DNA of 64,000 nt from an uncultured Desulfarculaceae bacterium (GCA_964414345.1 CAYPWF010000009.1:5321-69320); one strand, 5' to 3'; numbered from the stretch's first letter, positions 48,406-58,163 are shown. The notes: generated by a model from the sequence alone, not told the origin. A program made the numbers and translations.

Positions 48406-50937
48406 CTAGCTGGAATCCTTCCTTAGCGAGATACTGCGGTTGGTCAGGTAAGTCCTAACTCGCAGATCAGAGCCGTCTGTCTCAAGGCTCACCATTCCAT
48501 CCTCCCCTGTATGGAGGATCTCTGCACCCAGTTCTTTGTATCTCTGCAGAATTTCTGGATGCACCAGGCCCCTTTCACCTGCCTTTGAGGAGAAGATCAC
48601 AATACTCGGCATGACTCTTTTTAAGAACTCCCCGGTGCTGGAAGTTTTGCTGCCATGATGAGGAGCTAGAAGAACCGTGGAGGCAAGATCATGCTTTTCC
48701 AACAGCAGCGTCTCTGCCTCGGCCTCAAGGTCCCCAGGAAGCAGCACAGAGACCTGCCCCATACTGACCCTCAAGACCAGTGAGCGGTTGTTGGTCTCAG
48801 AAGCCCTGCTTTTGGACTTAAGTGAAAAGCCCCCACAAGGAGGATGCAAGACCTCCAGCCTGGCTTGGCCAATGCCCCAGCTCTCTCCAGAGCAAAGTGC
48901 CCTGGGCCTCCATCCCGTGGCTTGAACGGCTTTGAGGAACTCCAAGTATTGGGGATCATTGGGGCGATGCCCGTTGTCCCATACTCCATCTTTAACCTTG
49001 AAGGCACGCAGGATGAAGAGCAGTCCTCCTAGGTGGTCTGGGTGGGGATGGCTGAGGATCACCCTGTTCAAACTCATGATCCTTCTCTCCCACAATACAG
49101 GAGCCACTTGCATTGCTCCCACATCCGGACGGCCTTCCAAATTCCCTCCCCCGTCTAAAAGAAGGCTCTCTCCTCCGGGAGCCTGTATCAAGACCGAAGT
49201 GCCGTTTCCAACGGCTATGAAATGAAGCCTCAACTCCGGATCGCGGAGTTTGGCAACCCCCTCATATGCCCAAAGCACCACCAGCAAGAAAACCAACCCC
49301 AGCGTGGCCCGGGCAGCCCATCTGGACTTTCCAAAAGAGCAAAGTCCAATGCAGATGAGGTAATAGATAACTATCTCCCAAGCCCTTGGGGTGGGAAGAT
49401 AGATGACTCCTCCTATTGAGGCTGCCCAAAGAATCATTTTCACAGCCCAATCAGCCATCCAGGCAGCCACCCAGAGCAAGGCCAGCCCAACGCTCTCCCA
49501 GCTCAGGTACAAAAAGCTTCCCAAAAGAGCCATGGGAAGCACAACCCAACCCACTAACGGAACTCCCACGAGGTTTGCCGGGATGCCCAAAAGAGGAAAC
49601 ATATGAAATCGCATTACCACCAAAGGCATGGTGGCCAAAGAGGCGGCAAGGGTGGTGGCTGCAGCCAGCAAGGCCCTCCTACCCCAGCTGTGCAGTGCTT
49701 TTCTCTTGCCTGGGAGTAATTCTTGATTTCCTCTTGGTAGATAAGACATGAGTTTAGGTGCTACATACAAGATGCCCATTACGGCCAGGAAGGAAAGCTG
49801 GAAAGAAAGTTCAAAAATGCAAGAGGGGTTCAAAACCAGAATGATTAGGGCGGCCAAGGCCAAGGCATGATAGAGCCTTCTTGTCCTGTCCAAAATGAGT
49901 GCAGCCGCCAAAGCCAAGACCATTATCAGGGAACGTTGCACAGAAGGAGCCATTCCGGCCACTGTCCCATAAACCAGCAATACCGGCACGGTGATAAGCC
50001 AGGCCAGCTTTTGTACGGGGAACCTGAGCACAAGCCACGCCCACAGGCTTAGCAGTTTTAGGGAAACCCAGTAAACGCAGAGAGCCACCAGGCCGAAATG
50101 CAAACCGCTTATGGCCAGGAGATGAGACAAGCCGAGAGTCGCAAAAGCATCGCGCAGTTGGCTCGGCAAGGCTCCTGCCTGGCCCACAACCAAGGCCAGA
50201 ATTACCTCCCTGGAGGGACTTGGGAATTCCGCACTAATCACCCGGGTGAGATCCCAACGCAAATCCTCCATTTTCTGCCTGGCCCAATGGCCTCGGCCCC
50301 TTTCCATTAGAAGCATATGCTCTGCATCCGGAAGAAATCCAAGGAACCCGACACCTTGCAAAGCCAATACACGGGCCCTGTCCAAGGTGCCGGGATTCAG
50401 CCGAGGCTCCGCAACACGCAGAAACGTCTTTAACCTGAGTCTGTCCCCGTATCGGAATTGATCCCCGCCTTTTTCTATGTTCAGAAACATCCTACCTCGG
50501 ATTTCCTTGGCCTCAGAACCCTGGAAGAGCGTTTCCAGTTCCAAAAGGAGCCTTGTTCCGTCCAGTCTTAGCTCAGGGGACCTTATGAGGGTACCTTCCA
50601 AATCACAAAGTTCGGCTCCACAAAATCCCAAGGGATCTTCTTGGGGAAGGCTCTTGAGCCCCACTCGCTGCCCGTGCCAGGCTCCAAGAGTCAGGAAAAC
50701 CAAAATCGCCAGAATCCTTTGTCCGGCAAGCCACTTGCCTTTCCACATAAAGGGAATCCAAAGCCCCAAAAGAACAAAACATGGGAAAGGCCACAGCTCT
50801 TGCACGGGCAAAAGCTTCCCTAGTAGGATTCCATTGGCAAAGGCCAGCACCAGGATCGGGAAGAGGTAAACGCCCAGCAACAGAGGTTCCCCTGTCTTGG
50901 TGACTTGGTAAGCAACCGGAAGGCCTTGGGGGATCAT
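48406..50937 (-). CDS. comEC: DNA internalization competence protein ComEC/Rec2
   Basis: DUF4131-like region, SHLLAISGLHFG, FQLSFLA, metallo-beta-lactamase SHPHPDHLGG, LLPGD, HHGSKTSS. Confidence 0.94.
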   Translation of the reverse strand: MIPQGLPVAYQVTKTGEPLLLGVYLFPILVLAFANGILLGKLLPVQELWPFPCFVLLGLWIPFMWKGKWLAGQRILAILVFLTLGAWHGQRVGLKSLPQEDPLGFCGAELCDLEGTLIRSPELRLDGTRLLLELETLFQGSEAKEIRGRMFLNIEKGGDQFRYGDRLRLKTFLRVAEPRLNPGTLDRARVLALQGVGFLGFLPDAEHMLLMERGRGHWARQKMEDLRWDLTRVISAEFPSPSREVILALVVGQAGALPSQLRDAFATLGLSHLLAISGLHFGLVALCVYWVSLKLLSLWAWLVLRFPVQKLAWLITVPVLLVYGTVAGMAPSVQRSLIMVLALAAALILDRTRRLYHALALAALIILVLNPSCIFELSFQLSFLAVMGILYVAPKLMSYLPRGNQELLPGKRKALHSWGRRALLAAATTLAASLATMPLVVMRFHMFPLLGIPANLVGVPLVGWVVLPMALLGSFLYLSWESVGLALLWVAAWMADWAVKMILWAASIGGVIYLPTPRAWEIVIYYLICIGLCSFGKSRWAARATLGLVFLLVVLWAYEGVAKLRDPELRLHFIAVGNGTSVLIQAPGGESLLLDGGGNLEGRPDVGAMQVAPVLWERRIMSLNRVILSHPHPDHLGGLLFILRAFKVKDGVWDNGHRPNDPQYLEFLKAVQATGWRPRALCSGESWGIGQARLEVLHPPCGGFSLKSKSRASETNNRSLVLRVSMGQVSVLLPGDLEAEAETLLLEKHDLASTVLLAPHHGSKTSSTGEFLKRVMPSIVIFSSKAGERGLVHPEILQRYKELGAEILHTGEDGMVSLETDGSDLRVRTYLTNRSISLRKDSS

Positions 50938-51164
50938 AGCCGGGCTGCGTCCCCTGTCAAGCGAAAATAGGAAAGTGGCTGCTCTTTACTGGAGATCACC
51001 TCTGGTGTATTTTCTGGTAGCCTCCAGACCCCCCGGCTGGGAAAGATTCTTTTTCCCCCTGCTGGGGGAACTCACGGCCGGGCGAGTGAAGGGATGTAAG
51101 CTTTCTGTCAGGTGCTTCTTTTGTTAGACAAAGTATTATGTTGGGGAGACAAAAGCCTTTGAAA

Positions 51165-51911
51165 ATGAAAGCAGTGGGAAAGACCCACGTGGGTCGAGTG
51201 CGGGGCAATAACGAGGACTTTTTTTGCATAGACGAAGAGCTGGGGCTTTTTCTGGTTGCCGACGGAATGGGAGGCCATGCCTCAGGAGAAGTGGCCAGCC
51301 GCATGGCTGTGGAGATCCTTCACAAGGCCTACTCCAGTAACCGGGATAGAGATCCCCAGGGGGACGAGCCTTTTGAAATGGAAGAAAGGAGGCTGTTTGA
51401 GAACATCCAGCTGGCCAACAGGGCCATCCACGAGCTGTCTCTGAAAGAGCAAAATTACAGGGGAATGGGCACAACCCTGGCCGGCATCCTCCGCAAGCGG
51501 GACTCTTTGCTATGTTTCCACGTGGGAGATAGTCGTATATACAAACTGCACGAGGGATCACTTCTTCAATTGACAGAAGATCACTCTGTAGTGGCCCAAC
51601 AGGTGAAGATGGGTGTAATAACCCAGGAGCAGGCCCGCACATCAAGGATAAGGAACGTTATAACCAGGGCAATAGGAGTCCAATGGGACGTGGAAGCCGA
51701 CATCTCTGTTCAGGACATGCAGGAGGGGGATATTTACATGATTTGCACTGACGGCTTGTCAGACTTCGTTCCCTTGGAGACCCTGGAGAGGGTGCTTCTG
51801 GATCATGCTAGGGACCTAGAAGGAGCGGCCTTTCAACTGGTGGAAGAGGCCTTGGGAATGGGCGGACAGGATAATGTGACGGTTGTCCTGGTCAGGCTCG
51901 ATACAGAATGA
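51165..51911 (+). CDS. PP2C-family Ser/Thr phosphatase (Stp1/PrpC-like)
   Basis: GRVRGNNED, VADGMGGH, GMGTT, HVGDSR, RNVITRAIG, CTDGL, GGQDNVT. Confidence 0.94.
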   Translation: MKAVGKTHVGRVRGNNEDFFCIDEELGLFLVADGMGGHASGEVASRMAVEILHKAYSSNRDRDPQGDEPFEMEERRLFENIQLANRAIHELSLKEQNYRGMGTTLAGILRKRDSLLCFHVGDSRIYKLHEGSLLQLTEDHSVVAQQVKMGVITQEQARTSRIRNVITRAIGVQWDVEADISVQDMQEGDIYMICTDGLSDFVPLETLERVLLDHARDLEGAAFQLVEEALGMGGQDNVTVVLVRLDTE

Positions 51912-51970
51912 TCCCTAGGCCCTGGAGGTCTGTCCCATAGAAGTGAGAGGCAATGGGAGGTGATCTAGTC

Positions 51971-52642
51971 ATGGCCAGGTTGATAGTGAAATTCAGGGGG
52001 GCTGTTGTGCAGGAGCATCTTTTGGACAAACCCTCTGTGCGCATAGGCAGACGTGAAGGAAACGATATCAGGATAGACAATCTGGCGGTTTCGGGAAACC
52101 ACGCAAAAATAGAGAAGATAGACGGATCATATATAATCGTCGACCTCAAGAGCACAAATGGAACCTTCGTCAACAATAAGAAAATTGTCCAGGCCAAGCT
52201 GCGTCACTTGGATGAAATAATGATAGGAAAGCATGTCTTGATATTTGAGGACGAATCGCAGGTGGCGGAAGCCAGGGAAACAGATCTTCAGGAAGCCCAG
52301 GCAGAGGTGCCCCAGGAGCAATTGATTCAGAAACCCGCAGCAGAGTTCACTGGCAAACCAGCAGTGCTCAAGTTCTTGGAGCCCGCCCATCAGCCAGAGG
52401 TGATTCTTCAGAAAAAGCTTACGGTCATAGGCCGAAGGGAGGACGCTGAAGTAAGGCTTCGCGGGCTTTTTGAACCCAAGGTGGCTGCGATAATTGCCAG
52501 AAAACCCACTGGGTACTCTTTGCTCCCGGAAGGAAAGGTTAAGGTCCTCCTAAACGGTCAAGCGGTCTCCAGGCGCACGGATTTGAAAGATGGTGATGTA
52601 ATAGAGGTGGGTTCTCTTAGGCTTCTGTTCTCGGGAACCTGA
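51971..52642 (+). CDS. Tandem FHA-domain protein
   Basis: FHA1: IGR..NDI..VSGNHA..DLKSTNGTFVN; degenerate FHA2: IGR..LNGQ..LKDGDVIEVG. Confidence 0.88.
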   Translation: MARLIVKFRGAVVQEHLLDKPSVRIGRREGNDIRIDNLAVSGNHAKIEKIDGSYIIVDLKSTNGTFVNNKKIVQAKLRHLDEIMIGKHVLIFEDESQVAEARETDLQEAQAEVPQEQLIQKPAAEFTGKPAVLKFLEPAHQPEVILQKKLTVIGRREDAEVRLRGLFEPKVAAIIARKPTGYSLLPEGKVKVLLNGQAVSRRTDLKDGDVIEVGSLRLLFSGT

Positions 52643-52785
52643 TTCCTGCTAGGGGCAAGAGCAAGAAGGCCCTGGTGGCATCACATGTTGGGGGAGCTGG
52701 AAGCTCAAAGAACCCGGCCCGGGCCAGATCTTCAAGGGGCTTGACTTAATATTGGGCGCGATCCCATGGAACTGGTTTAGACCAT

Positions 52786-53265
52786 ATGGACGAAAACTCT
52801 GCAGCCAAGGAGTCCTTTGGTGAGTACCTGATGAGGGAGCGCACGTTGCGCAACATCCCTCTGGAAGAGATATCCCAGAGGACCAGGATATCGATGAAAG
52901 TGCTTCAGGCCTTGGAAGAGGAGCGTTGGGAAGAGCTGCCAGCAGATGTGTATGTTCGAGGTTTTCTTAGGACCTACTCCCGTTATCTGGGCCTTGATGA
53001 AAATGAGGTATTGGTGCGCTACGAGGACCAGCGTCCAGGAGCCGTTGCGCCTGTGAGAGATGTTTTTCAGGAGCTGGAAAAACCCAGAGCCAAGATCAGA
53101 AGGCTTTGGCTTGTCTTGCTACTTTTGGGCTGCGTTGCTTTTGCTCTTTATTGGTTTTGGGGACGCCCCTTGTTTTGGGGGGAGAGCACTCCCGCTAAGC
53201 CGGCCCCGCCAGGGCCCCATCTTCGTTCGCTTCCCATGCCTCCAGCTCCCCCGGCCGGAAATTGA
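52786..53265 (+). CDS. RodZ-like HTH membrane protein lacking the periplasmic domain
   Basis: SFGEYLMRERTLRNIPLEEIS..TRI..LQALEEE..LPADVYVRGFLRTYSRYLGLD, one TM segment, Pro-rich tail. Confidence 0.85.
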   Translation: MDENSAAKESFGEYLMRERTLRNIPLEEISQRTRISMKVLQALEEERWEELPADVYVRGFLRTYSRYLGLDENEVLVRYEDQRPGAVAPVRDVFQELEKPRAKIRRLWLVLLLLGCVAFALYWFWGRPLFWGESTPAKPAPPGPHLRSLPMPPAPPAGN

Positions 53266-53295
53266 GGTACCAGAAAAATGGCTGATGCACTTAAT

Positions 53296-53494
53296 CTAAC
53301 CTGACTTGTTCACGATCAGCTGGATAATGCAGGCTATCTTATTGACATATTTTGATAAACTGGTCAATACTCAAGAACCCCTGACTTTTGGTTTCAGGTT
53401 TTGCCCGGGGTTGAGTCGGAATATGTCGAGGTTTACCGGGGGTTTGGAGGTGTAGGCGCAGAAGTTCTAGCTTTGGAGAGTAATCCGGATCAAG
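53296..53494 (+). mobile_element. Family-1 MITE-like repeat, copy C
   Basis: CTAACCTGACTTGTTCACGATCAGCTGGATAATGCAGGCTATCTT...GAGTCGGAATATGTCGA...GCTTTGGAGAGTAATCCGG. Confidence 0.75.
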
Positions 53495-53644
53495 CCATCA
53501 TCATTTTTGGGGTTATTTCTTTTTGCGGCCGGCCTGAAGGTGGGTTTGAACATCTGGAACTGTACAAAACCTCTCCCCTGGGGTGGCCTTATTTGGTAAT
53601 TGACCAGGTTTTGGGCAGCAGGGACAAAGCTAGGGGATTCTTGA

Positions 53645-54613
53645 GTGATGCACCGCAAAAGGTGGAAAAAGCGGCTTAAGAGAGGGCCTGGGGCCTGGGC
53701 AGCATTTGTGGGCCTTGGTTGTCTTTATCTAGCTCTCCATCTGGTCTCCACAGACGCAATACCTGTCATAGGCCGCTGGGTGGGAGGGATGATGGCCTGT
53801 CTTGCCGGTCCCAGAAGACGCATTGCAATGAAAAACATAACTCTTGCCTTGGGCTCCTCTTTGGGTCTTGAAACAAGAAGGCGACTGGTCAAAAGGCTAA
53901 TCCAGGGACTGGGTCTTAACCTTGCAGAGCTAGGCCACCCAGGCTTCATGCAAATTGATTTTCTGCGAAAACGAGTGCCCATACAGGGTCTGGAGCATTT
54001 GGAAGAAGCCCTCTCTAAAGGCCGGGGAGCCATTCTGGCGAGCGCCCATTTTGGAAATTTTCCCCTCATATTGGCCAGGCTTGGCCTTGAAGGATATCAG
54101 GTGGGGGTTATCATAAGAGACCCCCGCCACAAGCCCGTTGCACGCTTTCTGGATCAATGGAGGGCCAGGTACAATGTGCGCACCCTCAGGGACAAGCCTA
54201 GATGGGCTTCAGTCAAGGAGGCTCTGGCCCTTCTTCGTCAAAATGGAATTCTGGTTGTGCATGTTGATCTAAATGTCTCGGAAGGGGGGCTTTTCGTGCC
54301 TTTTTTCGGCCATTGGGTGCCAACTTTCCGCGGTCCTGCCATGTTGGCCCTTCGCTCAGGCACTCCCTTGCTGCCCACCTTCATAAAGAGGCTCCAGGGC
54401 CTGGATCACAGGCTGAGTATCCACCCACCTGTTCAGGTTCAGCTTACTGGGAATCGGGATCAGGACACCTGGCAGATGCTTTTGGCATTAAACCAAGAAG
54501 CAGAGAAAACCATAAGGGAATATCCGGAGCAGTGGTGGTGGATACACAGGCGTTTTAGAAAGGCAAAGCCGGCCTCAGAGGTGGGGGGCCCCATCCCCCT
54601 TGAGTCCGCCTGA
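53645..54613 (+). CDS. LpxL/HtrB-family acyltransferase paralog with divergent catalytic motif
   Basis: SAHFGNFP, VPFFGHWVPT..GPAMLALRSG, QWWWIHRRFR. Confidence 0.85.
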   Translation: MMHRKRWKKRLKRGPGAWAAFVGLGCLYLALHLVSTDAIPVIGRWVGGMMACLAGPRRRIAMKNITLALGSSLGLETRRRLVKRLIQGLGLNLAELGHPGFMQIDFLRKRVPIQGLEHLEEALSKGRGAILASAHFGNFPLILARLGLEGYQVGVIIRDPRHKPVARFLDQWRARYNVRTLRDKPRWASVKEALALLRQNGILVVHVDLNVSEGGLFVPFFGHWVPTFRGPAMLALRSGTPLLPTFIKRLQGLDHRLSIHPPVQVQLTGNRDQDTWQMLLALNQEAEKTIREYPEQWWWIHRRFRKAKPASEVGGPIPLESA

Positions 54614-54713
54614 GCACGCAGGTTCCCCTGGAAGGACACCTTGTTCCGATCAACCAAGCCCCTCAGCCTTGGTGGTTTTGCCTTGCAACCCGCCAAGAAG
54701 TTCTTTTGTCTTG

Positions 54714-54824
54714 TTAACCTGTAATGTTCCCGATCAGTGGATAGTGCTGGCCAAACAAAGCGTGAGCGGGGGTCGGGGAGCTTGAACCCCAAGAGTTACA
54801 GGCTTTCGAGAATAGTCCGGGCTA
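54714..54824 (+). mobile_element. Family-1 repeat, internally deleted copy F
   Basis: 5' end (TTAACCTGTAATGTTCCCGATCAGTGGATAGTGC) fused to 3' end (GGCTTTCGAGAATAGTCCGGGCTA). Confidence 0.65.
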
Positions 54825-54836
54825 AACACAGAAGAA

Positions 54837-54913
54837 GCATCCCCCCAGAGGCCCAATCCTTTGGAAAATCGAGCGGCGAAGACTTGAAGCGAAGAGAAAA
54901 TGCCATTACCCCG
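54837..54913 (-). repeat. Family-2 repeat, truncated copy (first ~80 nt)
   Basis: Reverse complement GGGGTAATGGCATTTTCTCTTCGCTTCAAGTCTTCGCCGCTCGATTTTCCAAAGGATTGGG matches the 5' arm. Confidence 0.75.
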
Positions 54914-54966
54914 CCCAAGCAAAGTGCATTTTTCCAGATACAATCTTTGGGTGCTGAAGGCTACCT

Positions 54967-55845
54967 TCAGCCTGACTTCCTTGCCAGAAGGGGAAAACCC
55001 ATGGATTCCCTTTGCTTCAGATAGGCCTGAGCGCAGGCCCTGGCTAGCTTCCTGACCCTAAGGATGTAACGGGTCCTCTCGGCCACACTGAGAGCACCCC
55101 TTGCATCCAGAAGATTAAAAGTGTGGGAGCATTTAAGGCAGTGATCATAGCCTGGTAAGACAAGCCCCTTGTCCACCAGCCGCAAGCACTCGGCCTCATG
55201 CATATCAAAGAGCCTAAAAAGCGCCTCCACATCCGCCTCTTGGAAGTTGTATCTGGAAAACTCCACTTCGCTTTGGTGGTGCACATCCCCGTAAGTTATG
55301 CCGTGCCCCCACTCCAGGTCAAAGACACTGTCCACGCCCTGCAGATACATGGCTATGCGCTCTATCCCATAGGTTATCTCCACAGAAACAGGGTGGAGGT
55401 CTATGCCGCCGGCCTGCTGGAAATAAGTGAACTGGGTTATCTCCATGCCGTCCAACCAGACCTCCCAGCCCAATCCCCAGGCCCCTAGGGTGGGGGATTC
55501 CCAATCATCCTCCACAAACCTTATGTCATGCACCAAAGGGTCCACTCCGAAATGGCGCAGGCTGTCCAAATAGAGCTCCTGAACCTCTAAAGGGGAAGGC
55601 TTCATTATCACTTGGAATTGGTAGTAGTGTTGCAACCTGTTGGGGTTCTCTCCGTAGCGGCCGTCTGTTGGTCGCCTTGAGGGTTCCACATAGGCTGCAC
55701 TCCAGGGCTCTGGCCCGAGCACCCTCAGGAAGGTGGCCGGGTGAAAGGTGCCCGCCCCAACTTCGGTGTCATAGGGCTGATGCAGAATGCAGCCTCGGCT
55801 GGCCCAGAAGCGCTCAAGCGCCAAAATAAGCTCTTGGAAAGTCAT
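54967..55845 (-). CDS. glyQ: Glycine--tRNA ligase alpha subunit
   Basis: [62 protein letters not shown]. Confidence 0.98.
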   Translation of the reverse strand: MTFQELILALERFWASRGCILHQPYDTEVGAGTFHPATFLRVLGPEPWSAAYVEPSRRPTDGRYGENPNRLQHYYQFQVIMKPSPLEVQELYLDSLRHFGVDPLVHDIRFVEDDWESPTLGAWGLGWEVWLDGMEITQFTYFQQAGGIDLHPVSVEITYGIERIAMYLQGVDSVFDLEWGHGITYGDVHHQSEVEFSRYNFQEADVEALFRLFDMHEAECLRLVDKGLVLPGYDHCLKCSHTFNLLDARGALSVAERTRYILRVRKLARACAQAYLKQRESMGFPLLARKSG

Positions 55846-55925
55846 TTTGCAATCCCCCTGCCCTCACTGCTCGTAAGCTATAAGGCCGGAGAAGCCGGCA
55901 ACACAATTCCCAGGACTGATTCGCA

Positions 55926-55934
55926 ATTATATCA
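55926..55934 (-). promoter_or_regulatory. Extended -10 element upstream of glyQ
   Basis: TGATATAAT on the minus strand in the recO-glyQ gap. Confidence 0.4.
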
Positions 55935-55976
55935 CCCGCTTGGGCTGGCCTGTCCACCTCAAATCCAAAGCCTTGT

Positions 55977-56726
55977 TCACGTTCCTACTCTTTCCAGAAA
56001 CTCACCGGACTTCAAACTTCGGCCTGCGTGATACATGAAGAAGGCCCGAAGAAGCCCCTTGGACTCCTTGAGGGCCAAGGAGGAAAATCCCACCCGGTGA
56101 AGCCGCTCCAGGGGAAGGGATCTGGCCTCTTGGAGCAGCTTGAGGGTCCCCCTGCTAATGCTCAACCCTCCTCCAGCCCCGCAGCCTCGGCACAAGGCCC
56201 CCCCTTGGGATACCTCCAGTCTTATTGAGATTTCCTTCCCCAGATGGGCCCCACAACGTGCACAGGAATCCAGTCTTGGACCATATCCGGCCAAATCAAG
56301 GGCCCTGATTTCAAATAGACGCAGCACAGCCTCTTGGCCACCCTTCTTACCAAGAGACCTGAGAGTCCAAAGCAACAGAGGTAAAAGCCCTTGCACAGGC
56401 TGCCTTTCAGGGGCGCACCCCTCCACCCATTCAGCTATGTAACACCCCCTAGCAAAACCTGCTAGGTCTTCCCTCACTGAATCAAAATGCTCCAGCAGAT
56501 CCGCTCCTTCCACCCGTACCAAAGAGTCCCCGCCCCGATCAAAGCCGTGGATCCTAACATGGGCGAGCAGGTCCAGATTGGCCCCAAAACGTTTCCTGCT
56601 GGCCTTGGCCCCTTTTGCTACACCTGTAAGTTTCCCTCTCTCATCCCCGTAAAAAGTTACAAGAAGGTCTCTCTCCTGAAAATCCGCTGCCTTCAATATC
56701 ACGCATTCGGTCACAAAAGGAGGCAT
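55977..56726 (-). CDS. recO: DNA repair protein RecO
   Basis: ERDLLVTFY..GKL..VAKGAKASRKRF, CARCG..GALCRGC zinc finger, upstream of glyQ. Confidence 0.93.
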   Translation of the reverse strand: MPPFVTECVILKAADFQERDLLVTFYGDERGKLTGVAKGAKASRKRFGANLDLLAHVRIHGFDRGGDSLVRVEGADLLEHFDSVREDLAGFARGCYIAEWVEGCAPERQPVQGLLPLLLWTLRSLGKKGGQEAVLRLFEIRALDLAGYGPRLDSCARCGAHLGKEISIRLEVSQGGALCRGCGAGGGLSISRGTLKLLQEARSLPLERLHRVGFSSLALKESKGLLRAFFMYHAGRSLKSGEFLERVGT

Positions 56727-56878
56727 AAAGCCCCGACTCCTTCCTTGAGAGAATCAACACCAGGAGAGGCCTTCTCCTTATGTTGGGGGTAAACCTCCTG
56801 AGCGTCAAGAAGGAGGGCTTCAGGATTCCTATGACTTGAGTTAGGATGAAATCCGGTGGGGATAAGGAAGGAGAAGCT

Positions 56879-57883
56879 ATGTCCCGAATTCAAGCACCCG
56901 ACAAGGCTTCAGGCACGTTGAGCGGGGGAAACATTCCCAGGCGAATACTGCTTGCAAGTCCCAGGGGATTTTGTGCAGGGGTCAAAAGAGCCATAGAGAC
57001 CGTGGAGACAGCCTTGCGAGAGGCCGGGGCTCCTGTGTACGTTTTTCACGAGATAGTGCACAACACTCATGTGGTGAGGGAGCTGGGAGCCAGGGGAGCC
57101 CTTTTCGTTGACCGGGTGGATGAGGTGCCCAGCGGGAGTCTTCTGATCTTCTCTGCCCACGGGGTTTCCCCCAAGGAAAGGCGCTTGGCCAAGCAAAGGG
57201 GTCTCAGGGTTGTTGATGCCACCTGTCCCCTTGTGACCAAGGTGCACATGGAAGCCAGGCGCTTTGCCAAAGAGGGTAAGACCATCCTGCTAGTAGGCCA
57301 CGAGGGCCATGAGGAGGTGGTGGGCACCATGGGTGAGGCACCTGAGCACATCCGGCTTGTGATCTCGGTAAGGGATGTGGAAAAGGTGAAGGTAGAGGAC
57401 CCGGAGAAGGTGGCCGTCATAACTCAGACCACGCTTTCCCTGGACGAGACCAGGGAGGTGATGGAAGCCGTAAAGGCCAGATTCCCCAAGGCCGTGACTC
57501 CTGCCAAGAAGGACATCTGTTATGCTACCACCAACCGTCAAACAGCGGTCAAGGAACTGGCCCCGTGGTGTGATTTGATCCTTGTGATAGGCTCAAGCAA
57601 TTCCTCCAACTCCAGAAGATTGGCCGAGGTGGCCGAGTCCTACAAGACCAGGGCACATCTGGTAGACGATGTGGGAGGCATAGAGATGAGTTGGCTGGTC
57701 GGGGTGAGCACCTTGGGGATCACGGCCGGAGCCAGCGCACCGGAGCATTTGGTCTCCGAGGTGGTGGACTTTTTCAGGCAAAAGGGAACGGATTGCATAG
57801 AAGAATGGAGATCAAAAGAGGAGGAGAAGGTGCGCTTCGGGCTTCCTTCAGAGTTAAGACATCTTAAGGATTCTTCCCAATGA
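56879..57883 (+). CDS. ispH: 4-hydroxy-3-methylbut-2-enyl diphosphate reductase
   Basis: PRGFCAGV, HEIVHN, FSAHGV, DATCPLV, HEEVVG, TQTT, DICYATTNRQ, SSNS, TAGASAP. Confidence 0.96.
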   Translation: MSRIQAPDKASGTLSGGNIPRRILLASPRGFCAGVKRAIETVETALREAGAPVYVFHEIVHNTHVVRELGARGALFVDRVDEVPSGSLLIFSAHGVSPKERRLAKQRGLRVVDATCPLVTKVHMEARRFAKEGKTILLVGHEGHEEVVGTMGEAPEHIRLVISVRDVEKVKVEDPEKVAVITQTTLSLDETREVMEAVKARFPKAVTPAKKDICYATTNRQTAVKELAPWCDLILVIGSSNSSNSRRLAEVAESYKTRAHLVDDVGGIEMSWLVGVSTLGITAGASAPEHLVSEVVDFFRQKGTDCIEEWRSKEEEKVRFGLPSELRHLKDSSQ

Positions 57884-58163
57884 GCCCTTTTTTCTCCAAG
57901 CGCTCCCTGTGTTCCCGATAGAGCTTTTGAGGCACCAGCCTAAAGGCAAGAAAAACCAAGGCAGGCACCAGAATCAGGTCGTCCAGTTGCCCCAAAACCG
58001 GTATAAAATCAGGGATCAGATCAACAGGGGAAAGAGCATAAACAAGGGCAAAGCCCAAAAGCCAACGGGCCACCCTTGGGGTGCGCGGATCCGAATAAAC
58101 AGCCCTGATTACCGTTAGTTCCCGCTTAAACACCCCTACCGCTCCCCTAAAGGAAATTCTCAT
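57864..58163 (-). CDS. DUF1232/YkvA-family small membrane protein
   Basis: DPRTP, YALSPVDLIPDFIPVLGQLDD. Confidence 0.9.
   Translation of the reverse strand: MRISFRGAVGVFKRELTVIRAVYSDPRTPRVARWLLGFALVYALSPVDLIPDFIPVLGQLDDLILVPALVFLAFRLVPQKLYREHRERLEKKGLIGKNP

Noticed and set aside
53401-53679. Possible missing RodZ C-terminal domain split off by the repeat
   Set aside because: The ORF begins inside family-1 copy C and shows no resemblance to the beta-rich RodZ periplasmic domain.
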